Source: Robiginitomaculum sp. (GTDB lineage: Bacteria; Pseudomonadota; Alphaproteobacteria; Caulobacterales; Maricaulaceae). From it: 64,000 nucleotides of DNA. Below the pieces are notes generated by a model that saw nothing but the letters and a program-made list of their open reading frames with translations, was not told where the DNA came from and did no database searches. Positions 55,968-64,000 of this stretch are shown here, in pieces. Position 1 is the first letter of the stretch; the number at the start of each line of letters is the position of its first letter. The stretch covers positions 8,008 through 72,007 of the forward strand of contig JALZUP010000093.1 of NCBI GenBank assembly GCA_023301505.1, read 5' to 3'. Position numbers and translations under genes: made by a program.

Positions 55968-55995
55968 CCTCGCATGTTTCATGCGGGGCTTTTTT
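55968..55995 (+). terminator. Intrinsic terminator
   Basis: cctcgcatg-ttt-catgcgggg followed by cTTTTTT. Confidence 0.7.
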
Positions 55996-56024
55996 ATTGG
56001 CAGGCTTAAATTGGCAGGCTTTAA
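55996..56024. repeat. 14/15-bp x2 tandem duplication
   Basis: attggcaggcttaa | attggcaggctttaa. Confidence 0.8.
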
Positions 56025-56057
56025 AGGCGTCCCTATATGCCCCTTCTATTGCTGCCT

Positions 56058-56131
56058 TAGCTTGTCATTATAGCGTGTCATCACACTATCATATAAGATA
56101 GCGTGTCATGAAACTGTCATATAAGTGTCAA
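56058..56131 (+). promoter_or_regulatory. Pho-box array upstream of phoB
   Basis: TGTCAT/TGTCAA hexamers occur at 56063, 56076, (tatcat 56088), 56104, 56115 and 56126. The last three are in exact 11-bp phase, as in CTGTCAT-N4-CTGTCAT Pho boxes. The array contains a 28-bp tandem duplication (56071-56098 and 56099-56126). Confidence 0.7.
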
Positions 56132-56282
56132 AAAAACATCGCGAGGGACTCTTATATCCGCGCTTAATTCATGAAGAGCGCGTGCGAGCAGGGAGCTGGC
56201 GGCTGATGCGTAAAGAGTGTATAAGGCCTGCGCTAAGCAGCAAGACAGACATGTCAGGCAAGGTGGAAAGATAAAATAGGCT

Positions 56283-56966
56283 ATGGGACCTCGGATACTC
56301 ATTATCGAAGACGAATCTGCGCAGGCGCAAATCCTGCAATATAATCTTGAGGCGGCGGGCTTTCTTCCCAAAATCGCCCCGAGCGCTGAGGAAGGTTTGC
56401 TTTTGGCGCAAGAATTTATGCCCGCCCTTGTCTTGCTCGACTGGATGTTACCCGACATGTCTGGGATTGAGGTGTGCCGCCAGCTAAAGGCGCGCCCAAG
56501 CACCAAAGAAATTCCTGTTATTATGCTAACGGCGCGCGGGGCGGAAGAAGATAAAATACGCGGGCTTAATGTGGGGGCCGATGATTATGTCGTAAAGCCT
56601 TACTCGCTTAATGAGCTGATTGCGCGCATTCGGGCCAATTTGCGTAAGCAGGGGCTTGGCATGGATGAGCTAAGATTTGCAGATATTGTGCTAAATTCCG
56701 AAACGCACCGCGTGATGCGCGGGCAGGATGTGGTCAAATTAGGCCCGACAGAATTTAAACTTTTAAAGACATTGCTAGAGCGCCCAAAACGGGTCTTCTC
56801 GCGCGCCCAGCTTTTGGACCGTGTTTGGGGGACAGATGTTTTTGTTGATGAGCGCACGGTTGATGTTCATATGGGGCGTTTGCGCAAAGCGATTAATAAG
56901 GGCGGCAAGGCTGATCTGATTCGAACGATTCGGGGCGCAGGCTATGCGCTTGATGAGCAAAATTGA
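56283..56966 (+). CDS. phoB: Phosphate regulon response regulator PhoB
   Basis: ILIIEDE.A....L.YNLE..GF, LLDWMLPD.SGIE.CR.LK, VVKPYS..EL.ARI, and a winged-helix C-terminus RTVDVHMGRLRK. Confidence 0.9.
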   Translation: MGPRILIIEDESAQAQILQYNLEAAGFLPKIAPSAEEGLLLAQEFMPALVLLDWMLPDMSGIEVCRQLKARPSTKEIPVIMLTARGAEEDKIRGLNVGADDYVVKPYSLNELIARIRANLRKQGLGMDELRFADIVLNSETHRVMRGQDVVKLGPTEFKLLKTLLERPKRVFSRAQLLDRVWGTDVFVDERTVDVHMGRLRKAINKGGKADLIRTIRGAGYALDEQN

Positions 56967-57141
56967 CCTAGAATTCATGTCAATCTTATCTTGGGGGCAC
57001 AAAGCGTGTTGATGAGCATAAATATAGGCTAGTTGGGCACTCTGAACGCATAATTTTTATGTATAAGTCTATCTTTTTCTAGAGCTTTTTTTTGTTGCCC
57101 TATAAAGTAGACGAGATTTCAAATTTGGAAATGGGACCATT

Positions 57142-58725
57142 ATGTTAACGCCAAAAACTGAACCAACATTATCACCATCTCTGCTTCGTATGGAGGAGCT
57201 TGTCCGGCTTTTCCTTGCAATCGCCTTTCTTGCCGCCGTTTATTTCTTTGTAAATGGAACGGTTATTGGCGAAATATCTGACCCATCAGGGCGGGTATTT
57301 TTATTGCTCGCCGCTATTGTCGGCGGTTATATGGCGCTTAATATTGGCGCGAATGACGTTGCCAATAATATTGGCCCCGCTGTGGGTTCTGGCGCCTTAT
57401 CATTGACGGGGGCCATTGTTTTGGCCTTTATCTTTGAGGGGGCCGGCGCGATGATCGCAGGCGGCGATGTTGTTAGCACCATTAAAAACGGCATTATTGA
57501 CCCGTCCCAAATTCCAGATAGCGAAACATTCGTCTGGGCCATGCTTGCCGCGCTTATGGCGGCGGCGGTTTGGCTCAATATTGCGACGGCAATTGGCGCG
57601 CCTGTTTCAACCACACATTCTATTGTTGGCGGGGTTTTGGGCGCAGGTATTGCGGCTGGCGGCTGGGGTATTGCTGATTGGAGCAAGGTTCAACAAATTG
57701 TAGCGAGCTGGATTATTTCGCCGGCTATGGGCGGACTGATTGCGGCGAGTTTTCTTTACGGTATTAAGCGCACAATCATTGATAAAGATGACATGCTTGC
57801 GGCGGCGCGCAACCGCGTCCCTCTTTTGCTGGGCGTAATGGCCTGGGCTTTTACCACTTATATTATCCTCAAAGGTATCAAGAAAATTATCGCCGTGGAT
57901 ATGCCTATTGCGCTGGCCTTGGGCTTTGCTGCGGCTGTGGTGACATTTTTCATTGCGCGCCCGCTCATTGTAAAGGCATCAGGGGCTTTGGAAAATAAGA
58001 GCGAGAGCATTGACGGATTATTCGCTATTCCTTTGCTAGTCGGGGCGTGTTTTTTAAGCTTTGCGCATGGCGCGAATGATGTTGCAAATGCGATTGGTCC
58101 ATTAGCGGCGATTAATGACGCGCTGCGCTCCTCTGCCATTTCAAGCTCTGCGGCTATTCCTTTTTGGGTTATGGGAGTGGGCGCTGCGGGTATTGCGGTT
58201 GGCTTGGCTATTTATGGCCCCAAACTCGTGCGCACTGTTGGCACTGAAATTACCGAACTTGATATGACCCGCGCCTTTTGTGTGTCATTGGCGGCTGCGA
58301 TTACTGTGATTGTTGCTACCCATTTTGGGCTTCCTGTTAGCTCAACACATATTGCTGTTGGCGCTATTTTTGGGGTGGGTTTCTTGCGAGAGCTTTTGAC
58401 TTATCGCTATAATCAAAAATTAGAGCTAGTGCGCGAATATATGTCTGAGAAAAAAAGCCAGACAGAAGAAAGCGCCGCGGCCTATGTGCGCGCTTTTGAT
58501 GAAGCCTCTATTAGTGAGAAGCAGCGTATTTTGGATGAGTTAAAAGCCGCTGATAAAGGGCATGGCCGCCGTAAAAAACTAAAGCGCGCCTATAGAGAAA
58601 AACTCGTTCAGCGCTCTCTTTTGATTAAAATTGTTGTGGCTTGGCTTGTGACAGTGCCTTTATCGGCCATCTTTTCTGCCGCGCTATTTTACATGGTCCG
58701 CGGATTTATGGTGGGCCTATCCTAA
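57142..58725 (+). CDS. Inorganic phosphate transporter, PiT family
   Basis: Duplicated GANDVAN signature (NIGANDVANNIGP and AHGANDVANAIGP), about 10 TM segments, and a long charged cytoplasmic loop. Confidence 0.9.
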   Translation: MLTPKTEPTLSPSLLRMEELVRLFLAIAFLAAVYFFVNGTVIGEISDPSGRVFLLLAAIVGGYMALNIGANDVANNIGPAVGSGALSLTGAIVLAFIFEGAGAMIAGGDVVSTIKNGIIDPSQIPDSETFVWAMLAALMAAAVWLNIATAIGAPVSTTHSIVGGVLGAGIAAGGWGIADWSKVQQIVASWIISPAMGGLIAASFLYGIKRTIIDKDDMLAAARNRVPLLLGVMAWAFTTYIILKGIKKIIAVDMPIALALGFAAAVVTFFIARPLIVKASGALENKSESIDGLFAIPLLVGACFLSFAHGANDVANAIGPLAAINDALRSSAISSSAAIPFWVMGVGAAGIAVGLAIYGPKLVRTVGTEITELDMTRAFCVSLAAAITVIVATHFGLPVSSTHIAVGAIFGVGFLRELLTYRYNQKLELVREYMSEKKSQTEESAAAYVRAFDEASISEKQRILDELKAADKGHGRRKKLKRAYREKLVQRSLLIKIVVAWLVTVPLSAIFSAALFYMVRGFMVGLS

Positions 58726-58765
58726 GATAGGATTTTAAAGCATAGTTTAAATCTTTTGCGGTTCT

Positions 58766-58833
58766 CATATGCTTATGAGGGCCGCATATTTATGAGGGTT
58801 GCCCGATATAAATGGGCTGCGCGGTAAATGAGC
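58766..58833. repeat. About 17-bp x4 degenerate tandem array immediately after the galU stop (minus-strand sense)
   Basis: catatgcttatgagggc | cgcatatttatgagggt | tgcccgatataaatgggc | tgcgcggtaaatgagc. Confidence 0.75.
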
Positions 58834-59726
58834 TAGGTGCTAAATTTAGCCATGATTTGCTTCGCGCCCGCGCCGATCTCTGGGTGAGCTGCGGCATAGG
58901 CGGCCACCGCTTCAAAATAGCCAAGCTTGGAGCCGCAATCATAATCTTGGCCGTCATATTTAAAGGCATGGAAGGCTTGGCTATCCATCATACGGGCCAT
59001 GGCATCGGTAAGCTGTATTTCGCCGCCTGCGCCCGCTTCTTGTGTGCGCAGGGTTTCCATGATCTCAGGCTGGAGGATATAGCGGCCTGTGATTTTTAAA
59101 TTTGACGGGGCTTCATTGACGGGCGGTTTTTCGACCATTGCCGACATTTCAATAAGCGGGCCATCTATCTGGCCAGAATTTTTAGGCGCGATGACGCCAT
59201 AGCTTGAGACGCGCTCCATCGGCACAGGGTCAACAGCGATAATATTGCCGCCGACCTGCTCATATGCTTTGGCCATTTGCGCAAGGCAGCTTGTCTTTGA
59301 TTTGACTAAAACATCGGGCAGCAGAATGGCAAAAGGCTCATCGCCAACGATGTCGCGCGCGCACCAAATGGCATGGCCTAGCCCGAGCGGGGCTTGCTGG
59401 CGCACAAAGCTCATAGAACCGGGTTTGGGATTTGTGGTTTTAAGCTCTTTTAGAATATCTGCTTTGCCAGACTTTTGCGAGAGCGAATGCTCAAGCTCAT
59501 AGGCGCTGTCAAAATAATCCTCAATCGCGCCTTTATTTCGGCCTGTGACGAATATGATATGTTCAATGCCAGCGGCGAGCGCTTCATCCACAACATATTG
59601 CAGAGCAGGGCGGTCAACCACGGGCAGCATTTCTTTGGGAATAGTTTTAGTCGCGGGTAAAACGCGCGTCCCAAATCCAGCAACAGGTAAAACGGCTTTG
59701 CGAAGTTTTTTTACAGGTTGCGTCAT
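58833..59726 (-). CDS. galU: UTP--glucose-1-phosphate uridylyltransferase
   Basis: AVLPVAGFGTR.LPATK..PKEMLPVVD.P, VEKP. Confidence 0.9.
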   Translation of the reverse strand: MTQPVKKLRKAVLPVAGFGTRVLPATKTIPKEMLPVVDRPALQYVVDEALAAGIEHIIFVTGRNKGAIEDYFDSAYELEHSLSQKSGKADILKELKTTNPKPGSMSFVRQQAPLGLGHAIWCARDIVGDEPFAILLPDVLVKSKTSCLAQMAKAYEQVGGNIIAVDPVPMERVSSYGVIAPKNSGQIDGPLIEMSAMVEKPPVNEAPSNLKITGRYILQPEIMETLRTQEAGAGGEIQLTDAMARMMDSQAFHAFKYDGQDYDCGSKLGYFEAVAAYAAAHPEIGAGAKQIMAKFST

Positions 59727-59778
59727 TATTCATCCATCCCAGTTGAGTTGTTTCGCGCTCCTATATAACGGCTAAACC

Positions 59779-61596
59779 TTACTCAACCGTGACGGATTTG
59801 GCCAGATTACGCGGTTGATCCACATCCGTGCCCAAAGCAACAGCCGTGTGATAGGCCAAAAGCTGCACAGCAACGCTGTAAATGATTGGCGCGATGATCG
59901 GATCGCAATCGGGCATGACCAACAAATTATGCGCCATCTCATTGGCAAAGGCAGCGCCTTTACTATCGGTGATGAGGGTCACGCGCGCCCCGCGTGAGGC
60001 CACTTCTTGCATATTGGAAATGGTTTTTTCAAATAGCTCATCTGTGGGCGCAATGACGATGACGGGTGTGTTTTCCTCAATCAGCGCAATTGGGCCATGT
60101 TTAAGCTCGCCTGCTGCATAGCCTTCGGCATGGATATAGGAAATTTCCTTGAGCTTAAGCGCGCCTTCAAGGGCGAGCGGATAAAAGGGCCCGCGTCCCA
60201 GATAAAAGGCGGATGAGGCTTTGGATAGTTCTGCAGATAGGGCGTGTATTTTCTTATCAAGGCCGAGCGCATTTGCGGCAAGGCGCGGGATTAAAGTAAT
60301 CATCTCGCACATCTGTGCCTCGCGCGCCTTATCAATATGGCCAAGCTCTGTGGCGGCGCGAATAGACAGGGCAAGCAGGGCGGTCAGCTGCGCGGTGAAC
60401 GCCTTGGTGGAGGCGACGCCGATTTCTGGGCCTGCATGGATTGGCATAGCGATATCGGCCTCGCGCGCCATAGTCGAGGTCATGACATTGACAAGGGCGG
60501 CGGTTTTAAGGCCTTTAGATTTGCAATAACGCAAAGCCGCCAACGTATCTGCTGTCTCGCCTGATTGGGAGACCACCATGGCTAATGTGCCCGCCCCCAG
60601 CACGGGTTTGCGGTAGCGAAACTCAGAGGCAATATCTATCTCGCAAGGGATCTGCGCAATTTGCTCAATCCAATATTTGCCAATATGGGCCGCATAGCTG
60701 GCCGTGCCGCAGGCAATGATTGTGATGCGTGAAATCTCGTTAAAATTTAAGCCGTCAATTTCTGTGACCGTGCCGTCAAATGTGTTCAGATAATTTGTAA
60801 ATGTATGCCCAATGGTTTCTGGCTGCTCATGAATTTCTTTGAGCATATAATGGCGATAATTGCCTTTTTCCGCCGCTGCGGGGCTGCCTGATGTGTGGAC
60901 AATTTCGCGCGTGACGGGGGCGTCATTTTCATCAAAGACTTTGACTTCTGTTTGAGTGACAATCGCCCAGTCCCCTTCTTCAAGATAGATAATGTCGCGT
61001 GAGAGAGAGGAAAGCGCAATCGCGTCAGAGCCGATATAATTCTCGCCCTCGCCCAAACCAATAGCCAAAGGACTGCCGCGGCGCGCGGCAAATATAACGC
61101 CGTCTAGCCCGTCAATAATCACGCCCAGAGCAAAAGCGCCGTGCAGTTTTTTTAATGTGGCTTTAAAGGCCGCTTCGGCGTCTAGGCCTTGCAGCATAAA
61201 ATCATCGACTAAATGGGCGATGACTTCTGTATCTGTTTGCGAGCTAAAGCTGCGCTTGCCATCAAATTGCGCGCGCAAAGCATTATAATTTTCGATAATG
61301 CCATTATGAACCACGCCAACATTACCCGCAAAATGGGGGTGAGCATTTTCAATAGTGGGCGCGCCATGGGTGGCCCAGCGCGTATGAGCAATCCCGATAT
61401 GGCCATCAATGGGCTCATGGCCTAAGCGCTCTTCCAAAGCCTTAATTTTGCCCTTAGCGCGGCTGCGCTTAAGCGTGCCGCCATCTAAAACAGCAATGCC
61501 TGAACTATCATAACCGCGATACTCTAGCCGTTTTAGACCCTCAACAAGGCGCGGCGTGACGGCGTCTTTTCCAACAATTCCAATAATTCCGCACAT
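59779..61596 (-). CDS. glmS: Glutamine--fructose-6-phosphate aminotransferase
   Basis: MCGIIGIVG N-terminal nucleophile, two SIS domains, and a C-terminal ...KSVTVE. Confidence 0.97.
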   Translation of the reverse strand: MCGIIGIVGKDAVTPRLVEGLKRLEYRGYDSSGIAVLDGGTLKRSRAKGKIKALEERLGHEPIDGHIGIAHTRWATHGAPTIENAHPHFAGNVGVVHNGIIENYNALRAQFDGKRSFSSQTDTEVIAHLVDDFMLQGLDAEAAFKATLKKLHGAFALGVIIDGLDGVIFAARRGSPLAIGLGEGENYIGSDAIALSSLSRDIIYLEEGDWAIVTQTEVKVFDENDAPVTREIVHTSGSPAAAEKGNYRHYMLKEIHEQPETIGHTFTNYLNTFDGTVTEIDGLNFNEISRITIIACGTASYAAHIGKYWIEQIAQIPCEIDIASEFRYRKPVLGAGTLAMVVSQSGETADTLAALRYCKSKGLKTAALVNVMTSTMAREADIAMPIHAGPEIGVASTKAFTAQLTALLALSIRAATELGHIDKAREAQMCEMITLIPRLAANALGLDKKIHALSAELSKASSAFYLGRGPFYPLALEGALKLKEISYIHAEGYAAGELKHGPIALIEENTPVIVIAPTDELFEKTISNMQEVASRGARVTLITDSKGAAFANEMAHNLLVMPDCDPIIAPIIYSVAVQLLAYHTAVALGTDVDQPRNLAKSVTVE

Positions 61597-61793
61597 CTCT
61601 TTAAGCCCTTTAAACTATGATCGCAGTTTTTGCTGTAGCGTAAGCTGATATGTCATGCATGTGCCGCGCCATTTTACTGCTTTTTTGTCTGAATTTTCTA
61701 TATTACTTATGTAGAAGGTCACATAATAACAAAACATTATATAATCTAAGTAAAGATGCACAGACACATCTTATCGCGTTATGTTACATGAAA

Positions 61794-61836
61794 AATAGCA
61801 AGAATAGTAAGAATAGTAAGAATAGTAGGAGTAGCC
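61794..61836. repeat. 9-bp x4.5 tandem repeat running into the glmM ribosome-binding site and start codon
   Basis: aatagcaag | aatagtaag | aatagtaag | aatagtagg | agtagccATG. The last units form TAGGAG. Confidence 0.9.
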
Positions 61837-63183
61837 ATGGCTGATAAATATTTTGGCACTGATGGCGTGCGGGGCAAGGCAAATATTGGTAAAATAAGCC
61901 CGCGCAGTGTCATGAATTTAGGTATGGCGGCGGGCAAATATTTCCAAAGCTCTGAGAATCGTCGCACCAGTGTTGTGATCGGCAAAGATACGCGGCTATC
62001 TGGCTATATGATCGAGCCTGCTCTTGTTGCCGGCTTTACGTCTGTGGGTATGGATGTGCGCCTATTCGGCCCGCTTCCAACGCCGGGCGTGGCCGCTATG
62101 GTGCGCTCTTTGCGCGCTGATTTGGGCGTGATGATTACAGCCTCCCATAATCCTTATTATGATAATGGCATAAAATTATTTGGCCCAGATGGGCGTAAAT
62201 TATCCGACGACGCCGAAGCGCAAATTGAAGCGCTGATGGCCGAGGGCATTGGCGAGAATTTGGCCACTGAATCAGAGCTTGGCAAGGCAAAGCGCTATGA
62301 TAATGCACAGGCGCGCTATGTGGAGATTGTTAAGGCAACATTTCCGCGCCGTATGCGCCTTGATGAGCTGCGCATTGTTGTAGATTGCGCAAATGGCGCT
62401 GCTTACCGCACAGCTCCTGCGGCCCTTTGGGAATTAGGCGCAAAAGAAGTGATTTCTATTGGCGTGTCGCCGAACGGGCGAAATATTAATTTAGGGTGCG
62501 GCTCTACGGATACGGCCGCCCTGTCAAAAGCCGTGATAGAGAATAAGGCGGATGTCGGGGTGGCTCTTGACGGAGATGCAGACCGCCTCATCATGTGTGA
62601 TGAAAAGGGACGTATCATTGATGGGGATCAGCTCTTGGCCCTTATGGCGTCAGGCTGGCAGCAGACAGAGCAGCTTGCGGGCGGGGGCATTGTTGCCACC
62701 GTTATGTCCAATTTAGGGCTTGAGCGCTATTTAAACGATAGGAAGCTTGATCTTATTCGTACCAAAGTCGGAGACCGTCATGTGGCCGCGCGTATGCGTA
62801 AAGATGGCTATAATCTGGGCGGGGAGCAATCAGGTCACTTATTGATGACCGATTTTACCACCACAGGGGATGGCACAATTGCGGCTCTGCAAGTCTTGGC
62901 CGAGATTGTCCGCCAGAATAAACCTGCCAGTGAGGTGCTCAGCTTGTTTGAGGCCGTGCCGCAAATTCTCAATAATGTGCGCTATGACGGGGTCTCGCCG
63001 CTCACCAAAGATAGCGTGAAGCAGGCTATTGCCGAGGCTGATGCCATGATGGGCGATAGGGGACGCATCTTAGTGCGCGCATCAGGCACAGAGCCGCTTA
63101 TCCGCGTTATGGCCGAATGTGATGATTCCGCCTTGGTGAAAAAAGTCACCGATGATTTGGCGGCCTTTATCGCTGCTGCTTAA
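61837..63183 (+). CDS. glmM: Phosphoglucosamine mutase
   Basis: YFGTDGVRG, active-site [23 protein letters not shown]. Confidence 0.95.
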   Translation: MADKYFGTDGVRGKANIGKISPRSVMNLGMAAGKYFQSSENRRTSVVIGKDTRLSGYMIEPALVAGFTSVGMDVRLFGPLPTPGVAAMVRSLRADLGVMITASHNPYYDNGIKLFGPDGRKLSDDAEAQIEALMAEGIGENLATESELGKAKRYDNAQARYVEIVKATFPRRMRLDELRIVVDCANGAAYRTAPAALWELGAKEVISIGVSPNGRNINLGCGSTDTAALSKAVIENKADVGVALDGDADRLIMCDEKGRIIDGDQLLALMASGWQQTEQLAGGGIVATVMSNLGLERYLNDRKLDLIRTKVGDRHVAARMRKDGYNLGGEQSGHLLMTDFTTTGDGTIAALQVLAEIVRQNKPASEVLSLFEAVPQILNNVRYDGVSPLTKDSVKQAIAEADAMMGDRGRILVRASGTEPLIRVMAECDDSALVKKVTDDLAAFIAAA

Positions 63184-63243
63184 GCAGCCTTTATCATGCT
63201 GGGGCTTAAGCAGCCTTTATCGCCGCAGCTTAATGCGGCTTAA
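63160..63243. repeat. 24-26 bp tandem units that repeat the glmM C-terminal codons plus stop
   Basis: gcggcctttatcgctgctgctTAA | gcagcctttatcatgctggggctTAA | gcagcctttatcgccgcagctTAA | tgcggctTAA tag. Confidence 0.9.
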
Positions 63244-63266
63244 TAGAGCGTTTTCACTTTCCATTA

Positions 63267-64000
63267 TTAACTAGCATGTTTGAGCTGTCTGCGCCGTTCT
63301 ACGCTGGATTGAATGCCCATGCTTTCGCGGTATTTTGCGACGGTGCGGCGAGCTATATCAATGCCTTCCGCGCGCAAAAGAGCGACAATTTTATCATCTG
63401 AGAGCACATTTTTGACGGTCTCTTCACTGATGAGGCCGCGAATTTTATGCCGAACAGCTTCAGCGCTTAGCGCCTCTCCCCCGTCCACGGAGGGGATAGA
63501 GGCGGTGAAAAAATATTTCAGTTCAAAATTTCCGCGCGGCGTGGCCATATATTTATTAGAGGTCACGCGCGAGACCGTGCTCTCATGCATTTCAATTGCG
63601 TCGGCAACAGCTTTAAGATTAAGCGGGCGGAGGTGATCAATGCCATAAGCAAAGAACCCATCTTGTTGCTTCACAATTTCTGAGGCGACTTTCAAAATTG
63701 TGCGCGCGCGTTGATCAAGAGATTTCACCAACCAGCTCGCATTGCTTTGGCACTCACTCATGAAGGTTTTCACGCCCTCATCATCGCTCAGGCTGCACAC
63801 TTCGGCATAATAACGCGAATTGATTAAAACGCGCGGCAGGGTCTCGCTATTTAGCTCTACGGCCCAGCCTCCATTGGGCTGCTCACGGATAAAGACATCT
63901 GGCTCGATCGCGGCGGCCATGCTTGCCCCAAAGGCAAGCCCTGGCTTGGGCGAGAGGCGCCGCAGACGCGCAGCCATATCTTTTAATCCCGCCTTATCGG
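63267..64000 (-). CDS. rpoN: RNA polymerase sigma-54 factor, C-terminal part (the 5' end lies beyond the right edge)
   Basis: HESTVSRVT..KY..TP.G.FELKYFF and the RpoN box ARRTVAKYRE. The frame stays open to position 64000, so the listed Met at 63977 is not the start. Confidence 0.9.
   Translation of the reverse strand, partial: DKAGLKDMAARLRRLSPKPGLAFGASMAAAIEPDVFIREQPNGGWAVELNSETLPRVLINSRYYAEVCSLSDDEGVKTFMSECQSNASWLVKSLDQRARTILKVASEIVKQQDGFFAYGIDHLRPLNLKAVADAIEMHESTVSRVTSNKYMATPRGNFELKYFFTASIPSVDGGEALSAEAVRHKIRGLISEETVKNVLSDDKIVALLRAEGIDIARRTVAKYRESMGIQSSVERRRQLKHAS

Noticed and set aside
61597-61836. glmS ribozyme, or a GlmY/GlmZ-type element, upstream of glmS.
   Set aside because: I recognise no conserved glmS-ribozyme core, and that ribozyme is essentially a Gram-positive feature. 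The ORF 61650..61844 (KNSKNSKNS) is just the 9-bp repeat translated.
6187-63243. CRISPR arrays or IS/MITE copies as an explanation for the many short repeats.
   Set aside because: The units are directly tandem with no unique spacers, are only 5-28 bp long with 2-4 copies, and differ at every locus. There are no cas genes, no terminal inverted repeats with target-site duplications, and no transposase.

Overview
This window looks like an ordinary chromosomal segment of an alphaproteobacterium. The lineage call rests on ctrA and chpT, a TIGR02302-type low-complexity membrane protein, DUF4167, DUF2125, DUF983, and the ftsEX, prfA-prmC and lysA contexts. GC is intermediate by eye, and a marine Caulobacterales/Hyphomonadaceae-like organism is only a guess. 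I support about 60 CDS and one tRNA-Leu(CAA). I found no rRNA, CRISPR array, intact IS or prophage, or recognisable defence or toxin system. Gene content is mostly housekeeping: Met, Thr, Lys, Arg and Tyr biosynthesis, thrS, RF1 with its methylase, ispG, murI, ftsEX, glmS/glmM/galU, phoB plus a PiT transporter, and the 3' part of rpoN. The most unusual thing I can read directly is a sequence-level signature. Short tandem micro-duplications of 5-28 bp, in 2-4 copies, sit at many gene boundaries and very often repeat the last codons plus the stop codon. Inside genes the same kind of duplication appears only as in-frame 12- or 15-bp units. Other items worth a second look are: (1) a chpT - unknown 407-aa gene - cheY-like - cheR-like - ctrA - fliJ-like neighbourhood; (2) an aspartokinase-like/homoserine dehydrogenase fusion with no ACT domains and a degenerate kinase loop; (3) a secreted Gly/Met-rich 4-Cys protein; (4) a YiiX-like permuted papain-fold protein with an unknown N-terminal domain, coupled to a UDG-family gene; (5) a DUF4282 membrane protein with a histone-H1-like tail; (6) a 600-bp structured lysA-prfA spacer; and (7) a repeat-dense scar next to the tRNA. 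I see no clear novel multi-gene system and do not claim one.
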